Positions 36,618-46,951 of a stretch of 64,000 nucleotides of DNA are shown here, one piece after another. The notes below the pieces were generated by a model. That model was given only the letters and a program-made list of their open reading frames with translations. It did no database searches and was not told the DNA's origin. A program made the translations under genes and the position numbers. The first letter of the stretch is position 1; every line of letters begins with the position of its first letter. Location: the IMG/VR virus record IMGVR_UViG_3300024520_000050, positions 32,001-96,000 of that record; one strand, written 5' to 3'. This DNA comes from a virus.

Positions 36618-39600
36618 TGATGAAGGATATACAACAAATAAATAAAGGTCTTGTAAAAGATATTAATCAGGAGTTCCAACCCGAAGCTACATATCGATTT
36701 ATGTTGAATGGAATGTTAGAAACATTAATTGGTGAGAAAGGTGGTGTTGCTAATGAACGTGGTAATGTTATCATCTTGGCAACTCCATCTGGTATAACAA
36801 GTCCTAATGTAATTGGAGATTGTTTATTGCCTAATCAAGATAAAGTAATATTTATCACAGGTAATGATGGGAATCAAGAAGTTCAAATTATAGGACTACA
36901 TAAAGAGAATAACACATTTGTTGAATTAGTACGAACTGAATGTCTTGAATTCTCTCAATGTGATCAAATAGATTGTATCTTTAAAGTACATAATGGTTGC
37001 GATATAATTATATATTTTACAGATCATGCAAATAAATATAAGAGTATTAATATTACAGCTATTGAAAATACTAATCGTTATATTAATCCTACTCATGCAC
37101 CATGGACAGGAGCTCCTGTAGGAACATTACCAAATATACCAACAGTAGATCCTGGTGTAGGAATAGGAACATATGGATGGCAATGTGATGCATTCTTTTT
37201 AACTCCAGTATCTGAGCATCCAAATATTTACTTTCATAAACAAAGTAGTAATGGTAACTTACGTACAGGAGCTTATACATTTTTTGTTAGGTTATTAGAT
37301 TTAGATTTAAATCCAACAGATTGGATTGCATGGTCAAATCCAATATACGTAAAACAAGGTGATTTTAATTTTAATACACCTTCGGATAATACAGATGGTT
37401 TCTATTCAGATGTAACAGTAGAAAAGTTTACACCTCGTTCACTTAGTTTAATTATAGATAATCTTGATATTAACTTTCAGTATTATGAAATAGGAATAAT
37501 GGAAAGAAGTTTAAATACAGGACTTCCTACATTTGCATATAGAACTGGTCAACGTAGAATACCACCTGCTGTAGCTCCAGCTACCAACGGAAGTGATATT
37601 TTCGTATTCAATGATGTAAGTGATTCAAGATTCATTACAACTGATATTGCATCATTACTTACAAAGACGCGTAAGATAGATGTGGTACAAGCACACAGTC
37701 AAATTAATAATAGATTAGTTGTAGGTAACATTGCTGGTACTACAAGAGATTGGTCATCATTTCAACAAGTTAGTAATGATATTCAAGTAGAATACTTTAC
37801 ATATAATAATGTTGGAATTGATGGAGTAAGTTGTGATGATAAGCATCATTTTGTTAGTACAGGTCAAATCTCATTAGATTATGAAATAGCAAATAACGTG
37901 GCAACGCCTGCTACTGCAGTAGGAGTTAATTATAGTTCTCCTGAATTCTTATCATATGGAATGTCACTTATGCGTGATGAAGTTTATGCATTAGGTATTA
38001 TTTATGTATTTAGTGATGGATCAGAATCTCCTGTATTTCATATACCAGGAAGACCTAAATTTAGTAATGTTGCATTAGATTGGACTATTGATGGAGATAT
38101 TGCAGTAACTGCATGGGATATTGGTGGTTACGATTATGCAGCTTATGCACAATTAATACAATCTACTTCTCATGCTACATTAGATGTATTTGCAGGAGCT
38201 GTATTAGCAGCAGGGTTAGGTTTGTTTGATGGTCAAGTATTAAGTCTTGGAACTGAAGGAGTTGGTGTACCTCATACTGATACAGGAACATGGGCAAGTA
38301 ATTTCCTTACTAATTTACCGCAAGATGATGTAATTTCAAATGTAGAAGATGATGAATATAAATATTTATATGGGTTTAAAGATCATATAACTTGTTGTTA
38401 TCATGTTCCATTTACAAATAATGCATGTCAAACAACTGACTTAGAAAGATGGCAATATTATAATACAGCAATACGTCGTAAAACTACAGCTGTGTGGATT
38501 GCTACTGCAGATGATAAACCAACACTAAGTGGTTCTAATCCAACGTATACATTCGAAGGTGGTTACCGTGGAGTTCCTGGTTACTTCAATACAGGTTTAG
38601 AATATCCTGCTATATTAGATTGTAGTGGAACTCGTATTTATCCAGAAGGGCCTGTAAGACATCATAGAATGCCAGATCATCGTATAGAACAAATATTCGA
38701 TTATAATGAAGCAACATATGATTTTTCTTTGCTCGGAGCTGGAGGACCAGCAAGAATGAATAATGCGGCATGGTTAGCATTAAGTAATATCCAAGTTGGT
38801 GCTAATTATGCAGCCGGAGAACCTTGGGCGATGAGTCATGCAGAGAAATCATTAAAATTATATCCTCTTGGTCTTAATCTACATAATGTAGAACCGCCAA
38901 CAGAATATAGAGATGAAGTCGTAGGATATTATATTGTTAGATCTGATAGAACTAATAATAAGACTGTAATTGATAAAGGGTTCATGAATGTATGTGATAC
39001 AAGCATTTCTGCAAGACATTGGCCTACAACGGGTTTTGGAGAAGGATTAGAAGCTGTTGACAAATTTAGTGCATTAGAGAATAATACAATGCATACAACT
39101 GATTTCTTCTTAACTCCTACTCACCCAGATCAAGTAACTGAATCTTTTTTCATCCCTGCAGATCCAACCAAAGCAGGTAATGGACATAGAATACCAACAC
39201 ATAGTTGGTGGAACATAATGGAGATACATACTCCTAAAAGTACATTTAATGAAAGAGAAACATTACAAGCAGATTATATTAAGTTAGAATCTACTGTATT
39301 TGGTGATATGTTTTTTGATAGTGAATTAATTCCATGGCCTACTACAATTACAGGTACATCATACGTAGAAAGATATGCAGCAACAGGATGGAATACAGGC
39401 GCAAGTCTTATGTTAAATAGACATAAGTATCCACGTGTACAAAATATATCTGCAAGACATGTTTGGTCATTTATATATAATATACCTCTTTCAGGATTAG
39501 CATATACTGATTATAATGAATCAACATCTACTTCAGGATTAGGACAAAATAGTACTACCCTTTGGAATAAGTTCCAGAAACAACGTAGTCTAGTAGCTAG

Positions 39601-41998
39601 ATATCATCAATCATGTACAGCAGTAGAACCACGATTTAACAATGATCCAGCTGCAGTATTAAGTATAGTAAGTGACACCGCGGCATTACTTTCTAATAAT
39701 AAATCAACATGCGATCTTAATAGACCATTTTATTATGATCAATTAAAGATGGATGTTATTGATGATTTTGCTAAAAGTATGTATTCGGCAACATCATTGC
39801 ACTATGGTATAGATAGATTTATGAATCGTGGAGATGCTTCAGCAGCATACTATGGTACAGAATCTTGGGCTCATTTTTCTAATGTAACTTCATATCATAA
39901 ATGGTCAATACCAAATTCACCATACATGTATTATGTTGGATTAAAATCAACAGCTGTACCTTATGAAGATTTCGATGCTATTAAGTACATCAAAATGCAT
40001 TCATACTTAATTCCGTTTGACCCAGTAACTAATCCAACAGTACAAGATTTTCCTGTAACTGGAGGAGATACATTCATTCAAAGATTTCAATTTGAAAAAG
40101 GAATGTGGGAAATGGAAGATCCAGCTAAAATTGGTACACCTAAAGATAATACTTTTGCTAAATTTTGTACATCATTGACAGTTGGTTATGTGGAATCAGA
40201 AATTAATAGTCAATTTAGACATTTACAGAATGGTGATTTATTTAGAACTTATCCATTTAATGATAGGAAAGGATATTATAACTTTCTTTATTATTCAAAT
40301 GAATTACATGGAACAACACAAGATGAAGTAGATGCATACCATTTAAAACAAGAAATATTCTATAGGTATAAAATAGATTATTCAAATGTTAATGAAGATG
40401 TTCCTGTATTTCCATTACCTAGTACATTTGATTTCTGTTCAAGTTGTTCAGAATCATTTCCAAATACAATACTTTATTCAGAAATATCATTAGATAGTCA
40501 AGTACAAGATTTCTATAAACTATTTTTAACTAATTCAGAGAAAGCTATTCCTTCATACACAGGATCTATTCAAGACTTATTTGTTAAGAATTCAGATTTA
40601 TATGTGCATACAGAAAATAACTTATGGAAGTTATCAGTAGCACCACAAACTATGAAGACTAGTGCAGATACAGTTGAAGTAGGTCAAGGTGAATTCTTAG
40701 AACGTGATCCAATTAAATTATTTAATAATGAGGACGGTTTTGCAAGAGGTGGAACTATTGATAAATTTGCGTCCGTATTTGGCTCAAATGGTGAACTCAT
40801 TTGGTTAGATCGTAATGGAGGAACAGTTTATGCTTTAAGTGGAGAAGGGCCCAAAATATTATCCAATAAAGGTATGTCTAGATGGTTTAGTAATAATTCC
40901 GAAGTTGAATTAGATACTCAATTTAGAGCATTAACATCTTTACCTTATCCACACAAAGGAACTGCATGTAATATAAATGTAGGATACAAGGGCGTATTGG
41001 ATCCAGAACATAATAGATATATCTTAACAAAGAAAGATTATAAATTATTACCTTCAGTGTTAGTTGCAAATGTAACTAATGGTCAACCTATAGCTGAATT
41101 GACTATTGTAGCTGGTGTATATAATCCAGCAACAATAATAGGTCAATACTATTATGATAATGATGGATTCTATGTAGGTATTGCAGTTGGTACAGATCCA
41201 GCATTAAAGAGTACATTAGTATCAGATATTGATTATAATGATGAATTACTTGCAGAGAATAAATCATGGACTATATCATACTCATTAAAGGATCAATCAT
41301 GGGCATCATTTCATTCATATATTCCTAACTGGATGTATAATGATACACATACATTTTATTCATTTGTAGATAATACTACAAGCAACATTAACTTGTCAAT
41401 ATGGGAACATAATTATGGTGAATTCACTGATTATTATGGAACTAAATTTGATTTCATTATAGATTATATATATAAGAAGAATCCATATCAAGAGAAAACA
41501 TTTGATACAATTGAATATACATCAAATGTATGGTTAGAAGATCTAAGTACAAACAGATGGATTGAAGTACCATTTACTACATTTGACAGATTCTATGTAT
41601 ATAACAACAATCAATTAAGTAATCTTAAAACTGTAACTGTTGGTAATTTAACACCTTATGCTAATTTAGCATATACGGTTGGTGATGCTACTGCACATAA
41701 GACTAGAAATATTTGGAAGATTAATAGACTTAGAGATATGGCTGTCAGTAGACTAGCTTTAAGTGAAAGTTTATTTAGTACAGATTGGTCTGAAGCAACA
41801 TATCAAACACAATTTGATAATGGATTTGGTTATATTGATCATGTTATTAATCCAGCTGCTATTGATGTAACTAAATCTGTTTATACAATTGAAAGATTAA
41901 CTGATAAATACTTGGGTGTTAGACTCTTTTTTAATCCAGCTAGTGATTACAAAATAACATTTAATTTACTAAGTGGACAAAAGCGCATAAAAATTTAA
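36617..41998 (+). CDS. Tail stabilisation / muzzle protein (P22 gp10-like)
   Basis: 1793 aa, with N-terminal KGLVKD........TYRFMLNG, MRDEVYALGIIY.F.DGSES.VFHIPGR and SWASFHSYIP motifs. Confidence 0.8.
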   Translation: MMKDIQQINKGLVKDINQEFQPEATYRFMLNGMLETLIGEKGGVANERGNVIILATPSGITSPNVIGDCLLPNQDKVIFITGNDGNQEVQIIGLHKENNTFVELVRTECLEFSQCDQIDCIFKVHNGCDIIIYFTDHANKYKSINITAIENTNRYINPTHAPWTGAPVGTLPNIPTVDPGVGIGTYGWQCDAFFLTPVSEHPNIYFHKQSSNGNLRTGAYTFFVRLLDLDLNPTDWIAWSNPIYVKQGDFNFNTPSDNTDGFYSDVTVEKFTPRSLSLIIDNLDINFQYYEIGIMERSLNTGLPTFAYRTGQRRIPPAVAPATNGSDIFVFNDVSDSRFITTDIASLLTKTRKIDVVQAHSQINNRLVVGNIAGTTRDWSSFQQVSNDIQVEYFTYNNVGIDGVSCDDKHHFVSTGQISLDYEIANNVATPATAVGVNYSSPEFLSYGMSLMRDEVYALGIIYVFSDGSESPVFHIPGRPKFSNVALDWTIDGDIAVTAWDIGGYDYAAYAQLIQSTSHATLDVFAGAVLAAGLGLFDGQVLSLGTEGVGVPHTDTGTWASNFLTNLPQDDVISNVEDDEYKYLYGFKDHITCCYHVPFTNNACQTTDLERWQYYNTAIRRKTTAVWIATADDKPTLSGSNPTYTFEGGYRGVPGYFNTGLEYPAILDCSGTRIYPEGPVRHHRMPDHRIEQIFDYNEATYDFSLLGAGGPARMNNAAWLALSNIQVGANYAAGEPWAMSHAEKSLKLYPLGLNLHNVEPPTEYRDEVVGYYIVRSDRTNNKTVIDKGFMNVCDTSISARHWPTTGFGEGLEAVDKFSALENNTMHTTDFFLTPTHPDQVTESFFIPADPTKAGNGHRIPTHSWWNIMEIHTPKSTFNERETLQADYIKLESTVFGDMFFDSELIPWPTTITGTSYVERYAATGWNTGASLMLNRHKYPRVQNISARHVWSFIYNIPLSGLAYTDYNESTSTSGLGQNSTTLWNKFQKQRSLVARYHQSCTAVEPRFNNDPAAVLSIVSDTAALLSNNKSTCDLNRPFYYDQLKMDVIDDFAKSMYSATSLHYGIDRFMNRGDASAAYYGTESWAHFSNVTSYHKWSIPNSPYMYYVGLKSTAVPYEDFDAIKYIKMHSYLIPFDPVTNPTVQDFPVTGGDTFIQRFQFEKGMWEMEDPAKIGTPKDNTFAKFCTSLTVGYVESEINSQFRHLQNGDLFRTYPFNDRKGYYNFLYYSNELHGTTQDEVDAYHLKQEIFYRYKIDYSNVNEDVPVFPLPSTFDFCSSCSESFPNTILYSEISLDSQVQDFYKLFLTNSEKAIPSYTGSIQDLFVKNSDLYVHTENNLWKLSVAPQTMKTSADTVEVGQGEFLERDPIKLFNNEDGFARGGTIDKFASVFGSNGELIWLDRNGGTVYALSGEGPKILSNKGMSRWFSNNSEVELDTQFRALTSLPYPHKGTACNINVGYKGVLDPEHNRYILTKKDYKLLPSVLVANVTNGQPIAELTIVAGVYNPATIIGQYYYDNDGFYVGIAVGTDPALKSTLVSDIDYNDELLAENKSWTISYSLKDQSWASFHSYIPNWMYNDTHTFYSFVDNTTSNINLSIWEHNYGEFTDYYGTKFDFIIDYIYKKNPYQEKTFDTIEYTSNVWLEDLSTNRWIEVPFTTFDRFYVYNNNQLSNLKTVTVGNLTPYANLAYTVGDATAHKTRNIWKINRLRDMAVSRLALSESLFSTDWSEATYQTQFDNGFGYIDHVINPAAIDVTKSVYTIERLTDKYLGVRLFFNPASDYKITFNLLSGQKRIKI

Positions 41999-42018
41999 TT
42001 ATAATTAAAATTAACAAA

Positions 42019-45000
42019 ATGAAAAAAATAACTTTGTATAAAAAGGGTGGTAAGCTTTACTACAAGAAAGGTGGTAAGATGTGCTTATACCAAGGTGGAG
42101 GCCCAATAAGATACAGAAAGAAAGCTAAGAACACACTTAATACTTATCAGAATTCTGGTACTATTGGATTCGACGATAATCCTTCATTCTCTAGTCAATA
42201 TGGTAATAATGATTACAATATTACTCAAAAGAATCCTTACAGTAATAATACTGTATTAGATCAAAGTGCTGGCAAAAAGAAAAATAGCTATAATAACACT
42301 ATGGGTCAAATTTCTAATTATGCTAATATTGCAGGAGCTGGATTAAGTATGATACCTAAAGAAGAAACTACATTTGGTGGTACAGATATAGGAAAGAGTG
42401 CTTTTGGTAGAAGTCATGGAACTACAGGAGATGTTCGTGGTTTTATGGATTCAACTAGTTCTGCTGTCCCTGTTTGGGGAGCGATTGCAAATGCAACTAG
42501 AGGATTAACAGACACTATAGACCAAAAGGATGAATATGGTGTGTCTAAATCAGGTGTAGGTGCATTCTTTGGTAATGCCATGTCACCAAGTAAATCAATA
42601 ACTGAATCTATTGGTATAGGTCAGGATTATGGTGCGGGAAGTGGAATAGCAAATTTCTTAACTTTTGGATTATCTGGTAAAGCACAAAAAGAAGCAACTA
42701 GAGGAAAAGTAGAAGCTGAAAATGATTGGTTAGATAATCGTAAAAGTCAATTTGATACAAGTCAAAATACAAATCAAAACTATGCTAAAGATGGTAAAGA
42801 TATTCGTATAACTCCATATAATTCAATTAATAATCCTAATATTGAGTATAATGCTGAAGTTGAAAATGGCGAAATAATTATTGGAGATGGAATAAGTTCA
42901 TTACAACATGGTGGTAATTCTACATCATCAATGGTATCTCCTTATGCAGTTAAACTTAGTGGAGATAAACATAGTCAAGATTCAGATGGCGATGGTCAAT
43001 ATGGTATTCCAGTTAAAGCTCAAGAAGGAATGTATGTTGCTTCTAATTACTTAGGATTAAATGGTAAGAAGGCTAGAAAAGGTCAAAAGACTGTTGCTAA
43101 ATCAATGGAGCCACTTGTAGAATCATTAGCTATGGCAGAGAAAGGTGGTGATGTATATAATACTAATCCAGAATTAGTTAAACATCAACTTGCTGAATTA
43201 GAAGTAATGAAGAATGAGGCTGAGAAGAATAAGGCAGCTGAAGAACTAAAGAAAATGTTAAGTAAGAAGGATCGTAATATGGCTGAGATTAGTCAGTTTA
43301 TTCAAGAGAATGCTGAATACTTAATGCCGCAACAAACACCTCAACAACAAGAAGGTCCTCTACCAGAAATGGCACAAGGTCAACAACAAATGGCTCAAAC
43401 AGGTGGTAAATTACAAGGACCCATCCGTAATGACTTAAAGCAACATGCAACAGATGAGTTAGGTGTTCCTCAATCTATGGTTGATCAAGCACAAGATGTT
43501 GATCCTGGTAAAATAGCTTTTGCAGATCCAGGAGCATATACGGGTCAATCAGGTCAAGAGTATGAAACAGAGTCAAGTATAAATGATCAAGTAATTCCTG
43601 CTAGTGAAGCAGAGGAATTTATAGTAGAAGATACTGATGAATATACTGATTCACGTGAAGGGGCTACTGCAGATGAAACAACTCTAGGAGAACGTGCAGG
43701 TAAATCAGAATATACTGGTACATCTAACTTAATTCAAGAGAAGATGCAAGAAGTATTAGGTCCTAAAATGAAATCAGGACAAGTATTCTCTGAAGATGGT
43801 GGATTACATCCAGATGTGATAGAAAAAGGTGTTAAAGAAGGTATTCCTCGTAAAGCATTAATGGACGCTACAAGAAAAAGTATTACTGATGGTCAAGTTG
43901 GATCATGGTTAGGTATTAAAATGCAAGATGCAATTGGCGTTCGTACATTAGGTGGAAAGAATAAAGTAGATCCAGCAGTTAGTGGTAGATCACAAAACTT
44001 ATATAATAATGAAGAATTAAACTGGGCTGAAAATATACGTCAGAAAATTGAAGATAATGAAGGTATAGTACCTTCAGAATATACTGATTTACCAGAAGAT
44101 CTTTTAACTCAACTTACTAATTTAGCTAGATCAGGTAAACAAGCTCATGAGGGTACATTTGGTACATCATTGTCTAATTCATTTAGAGAAGCTAATACAC
44201 GTGGTACTGAAGAAATAGATCGTCAAGAAGCTGTAACATATAAATCTGGAGAAGAAGAAGGAGATAGGATTGATAGAAATACAGATCTTTCAACTGATGA
44301 AAGAGCAGGTAATATTAAATCATTTGGCGATGCATTTAAATTTGCTAATAAGAGTGATGATTTAGCAGATGAACCTTTCTTTACTTATAAAGGTCATACA
44401 TACTCAAAGAAAACAAGAACAGAAGATCCTGAATTAGCTAAAGCATCTGATGCTGCTGCTATTGCAGGTGAACGAGAAATACAACCAGAAAGACAAACAA
44501 CAATTAAGAATCAAACAATAAACAAAGAAGTAATGAATCCGAATAGTAGATTAAGTAAAATCATGCGTAAAAAACGTGGTGGACCAATGAGATATCGTAA
44601 TGGTGGATTAACACAATATCAATCAGGAGACCCTATAGAATTATCAAAAATTCAACAATTACCACCACAATTTCATACATGGCCAAAACAAGCCCAGATT
44701 CAATTTTTGAATCAAACAGCTAAAACTAATCCAGAATTAGCTCGTCAGTGGGCAGCTGAATATCAACAAAATAATAAAGTTAAAATGGTTAATGGAGTAC
44801 CTACAAATGTTCCTAATAGTAGAACAGTAGTAACTGATAATACTCAAGCAGGATTTGATGCTAGAAATCTTGCTGCAGATAAGCAAAGACAAATTGATGC
44901 ACAAAATCTTAATAAAGCAGTAACTGATCCTACTAGTATACATACAAGTAGTAAGAGATTACCTGATGCAGGACAAACAGGAGTAAGAACTGTAGGTAAT

Positions 45001-45552
45001 ACAGAATACAACCAACCAATCAAAAAGGATTATAATAATCCTTCGATTAAAATGAATGGTGGATATACAAATGGTATGAACTATAATTATAGTGCTGCAG
45101 GAATGGTACAACCTATCTATCAAGCAGGTGGAGAAACAGGATGGACTAATGACTTAGCACATTCAACTGTCTTTCAAGAAGGTGGAATGATGCCAGGACA
45201 AGAGCAAGAAATGCAACCAGGAGCAGAGTCTAATGCACACGCGCAACAATTAATGGGAGAAGAAGGACAAGCTCCTATGGAAGGAGATCCAAATGCACAA
45301 CCTGAACAAGGTGGACAAGTACCACCTCAGATTGCACAACTTGCACCTGAAGTACAACAAGTGTTCATGCAATTACCTCCAGAAGCACAAGAACAAATCT
45401 TACAATTACCTCCTGAGCAAATGGAAGTAGCTATTATGACTATAGCACAACAAATGCAACAACAACAAGGTGGAGGACAACCACAACAAGGTGGACAACA
45501 GCAAGGACCAGGATCACAAGTCCCACAAGGAGTAGTTGATCAAATGGGTTAA
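42019..45552 (+). CDS. Internal cargo/ejection protein 1-like
   Basis: Gly-rich hydrophobic helices, NAEVENGE motif, Q/P-rich disordered tail and repeated QxGG motifs. Confidence 0.65.
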   Translation: MKKITLYKKGGKLYYKKGGKMCLYQGGGPIRYRKKAKNTLNTYQNSGTIGFDDNPSFSSQYGNNDYNITQKNPYSNNTVLDQSAGKKKNSYNNTMGQISNYANIAGAGLSMIPKEETTFGGTDIGKSAFGRSHGTTGDVRGFMDSTSSAVPVWGAIANATRGLTDTIDQKDEYGVSKSGVGAFFGNAMSPSKSITESIGIGQDYGAGSGIANFLTFGLSGKAQKEATRGKVEAENDWLDNRKSQFDTSQNTNQNYAKDGKDIRITPYNSINNPNIEYNAEVENGEIIIGDGISSLQHGGNSTSSMVSPYAVKLSGDKHSQDSDGDGQYGIPVKAQEGMYVASNYLGLNGKKARKGQKTVAKSMEPLVESLAMAEKGGDVYNTNPELVKHQLAELEVMKNEAEKNKAAEELKKMLSKKDRNMAEISQFIQENAEYLMPQQTPQQQEGPLPEMAQGQQQMAQTGGKLQGPIRNDLKQHATDELGVPQSMVDQAQDVDPGKIAFADPGAYTGQSGQEYETESSINDQVIPASEAEEFIVEDTDEYTDSREGATADETTLGERAGKSEYTGTSNLIQEKMQEVLGPKMKSGQVFSEDGGLHPDVIEKGVKEGIPRKALMDATRKSITDGQVGSWLGIKMQDAIGVRTLGGKNKVDPAVSGRSQNLYNNEELNWAENIRQKIEDNEGIVPSEYTDLPEDLLTQLTNLARSGKQAHEGTFGTSLSNSFREANTRGTEEIDRQEAVTYKSGEEEGDRIDRNTDLSTDERAGNIKSFGDAFKFANKSDDLADEPFFTYKGHTYSKKTRTEDPELAKASDAAAIAGEREIQPERQTTIKNQTINKEVMNPNSRLSKIMRKKRGGPMRYRNGGLTQYQSGDPIELSKIQQLPPQFHTWPKQAQIQFLNQTAKTNPELARQWAAEYQQNNKVKMVNGVPTNVPNSRTVVTDNTQAGFDARNLAADKQRQIDAQNLNKAVTDPTSIHTSSKRLPDAGQTGVRTVGNTEYNQPIKKDYNNPSIKMNGGYTNGMNYNYSAAGMVQPIYQAGGETGWTNDLAHSTVFQEGGMMPGQEQEMQPGAESNAHAQQLMGEEGQAPMEGDPNAQPEQGGQVPPQIAQLAPEVQQVFMQLPPEAQEQILQLPPEQMEVAIMTIAQQMQQQQGGGQPQQGGQQQGPGSQVPQGVVDQMG

Positions 45553-45559
45553 TACTATT

Positions 45560-45605
45560 TAGAATAAGTAGAGCGTGGGTTTATATCTATGCTTTACTTA
45601 TTCTA
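45560..45605 (+). terminator. Long stem-loop between cargo genes
   Basis: TAGAATAAGTAGAGC/GCTTTACTTATTCTA with a G-U-extended inner stem. Confidence 0.55.
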
Positions 45606-45669
45606 TCTATATTTTGTTTAAATTAATTCCAACCACAGCATAACAATTGTATATCCTAATTAAATAACC

Positions 45670-46941
45670 ATGGCTAAAAAGAAAAATAAAATACATATAA
45701 AGAAATCTAAACGTGGTACTTTTATTAAAGCTGCTAAGAAGAAAGGCATGTCTACTCAGGCATTTGCTAGTCTTGTATTAGCTAATAAAGATAAGTACTC
45801 ATCAGCTATGGTTAAGAAGGCTAATTTTGCTAAGAACTCAACTAAGTTCAAGCATCAAATTGGTGGGGATATTAATAAACAACAAGGAGGAAAGATTGTA
45901 CGTGCGCCCAGAGGTTATCATTGGATGAAACAAAGTAGTAATGACTACAACTTAATGAGACATGAAGATAATTTTATACCTCATACTAAAGCTTCACAAG
46001 AAGTTAAATTCCCTATACAGAAGAGACACCAATTAGGTGGCGACTTAACATTTCCTAATGCGAAGTCATATAATCAAATAGGAACTATTCCAAATAATAA
46101 AATAAATCATACTCCTTCAACTATGAAAAGAAATGAAGGTAGACCTATTATGAATTATCGCGATAAAGGTTTATTTCAATCAGGAGGTTCTATTAACATA
46201 AGCTCAATAGATCAAAATCAATTCTTACATCCAGCAGATTCAAATAGATTAAGTTATAAAACTAATCCTATAGGAACATCAATAATGATACGAAACAAAT
46301 ATCAATATCCTGCATTACATTTACCTGTATTAAAAACGAAAAATACAAATAGATTTAATATTGACTTAGGCAAAAAAGGATTTAAAGCAAAAGCTAATTA
46401 TCAGGTTAATCCTAATTTATCTATCACAGGACAATTTAAATATAAAACTAAACGAGGTCCACATGGACAAGTAGGATTAAAATATACACCAAATACTTAT
46501 CAACAAGGTGGGAATATAGCATCAACAGAACAAGAGTTCAAAAATGGATTAAATGATGGAATTAACGTATTCCAATTCCCCGGCAAAGGTCTAAAAAAAA
46601 TGACAATGAATCCAGAATCAGGAGCTATTGAATATCCAGTTGATTATAAAGGATATACAGATGGTGAACAAACTGATCAAGGTACAGCTAATCCAGGAGA
46701 AGACTTTAGTGTTAATGGAGATACTGTAGTTGAAACACCTAATCTATCAGAGATGGATTTTAATGCAGCCATTGCGTATGCAAATAAGAATAAATTACCT
46801 ATCTTTAGGTGGAGAGAAAATGACTATCCAATTAAGAAACATATGAAACGTCGTAAGAAGATGCAGGATGGTGGCATGTTTTCTAGTAAAGTAACAAATA
46901 AAGTAAAATTAGATCCAGGGTTCAGTCCTGATATACAATAA
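45670..46941 (+). CDS. Basic modular cargo protein
   Basis: N-terminal IHIKKSKRGTF...ANFAKN...KH module known from crAss-like phages. Small modules separated by six QxGG motifs. Confidence 0.6.
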   Translation: MAKKKNKIHIKKSKRGTFIKAAKKKGMSTQAFASLVLANKDKYSSAMVKKANFAKNSTKFKHQIGGDINKQQGGKIVRAPRGYHWMKQSSNDYNLMRHEDNFIPHTKASQEVKFPIQKRHQLGGDLTFPNAKSYNQIGTIPNNKINHTPSTMKRNEGRPIMNYRDKGLFQSGGSINISSIDQNQFLHPADSNRLSYKTNPIGTSIMIRNKYQYPALHLPVLKTKNTNRFNIDLGKKGFKAKANYQVNPNLSITGQFKYKTKRGPHGQVGLKYTPNTYQQGGNIASTEQEFKNGLNDGINVFQFPGKGLKKMTMNPESGAIEYPVDYKGYTDGEQTDQGTANPGEDFSVNGDTVVETPNLSEMDFNAAIAYANKNKLPIFRWRENDYPIKKHMKRRKKMQDGGMFSSKVTNKVKLDPGFSPDIQ

Positions 46942-46951
46942 ATTAATTATA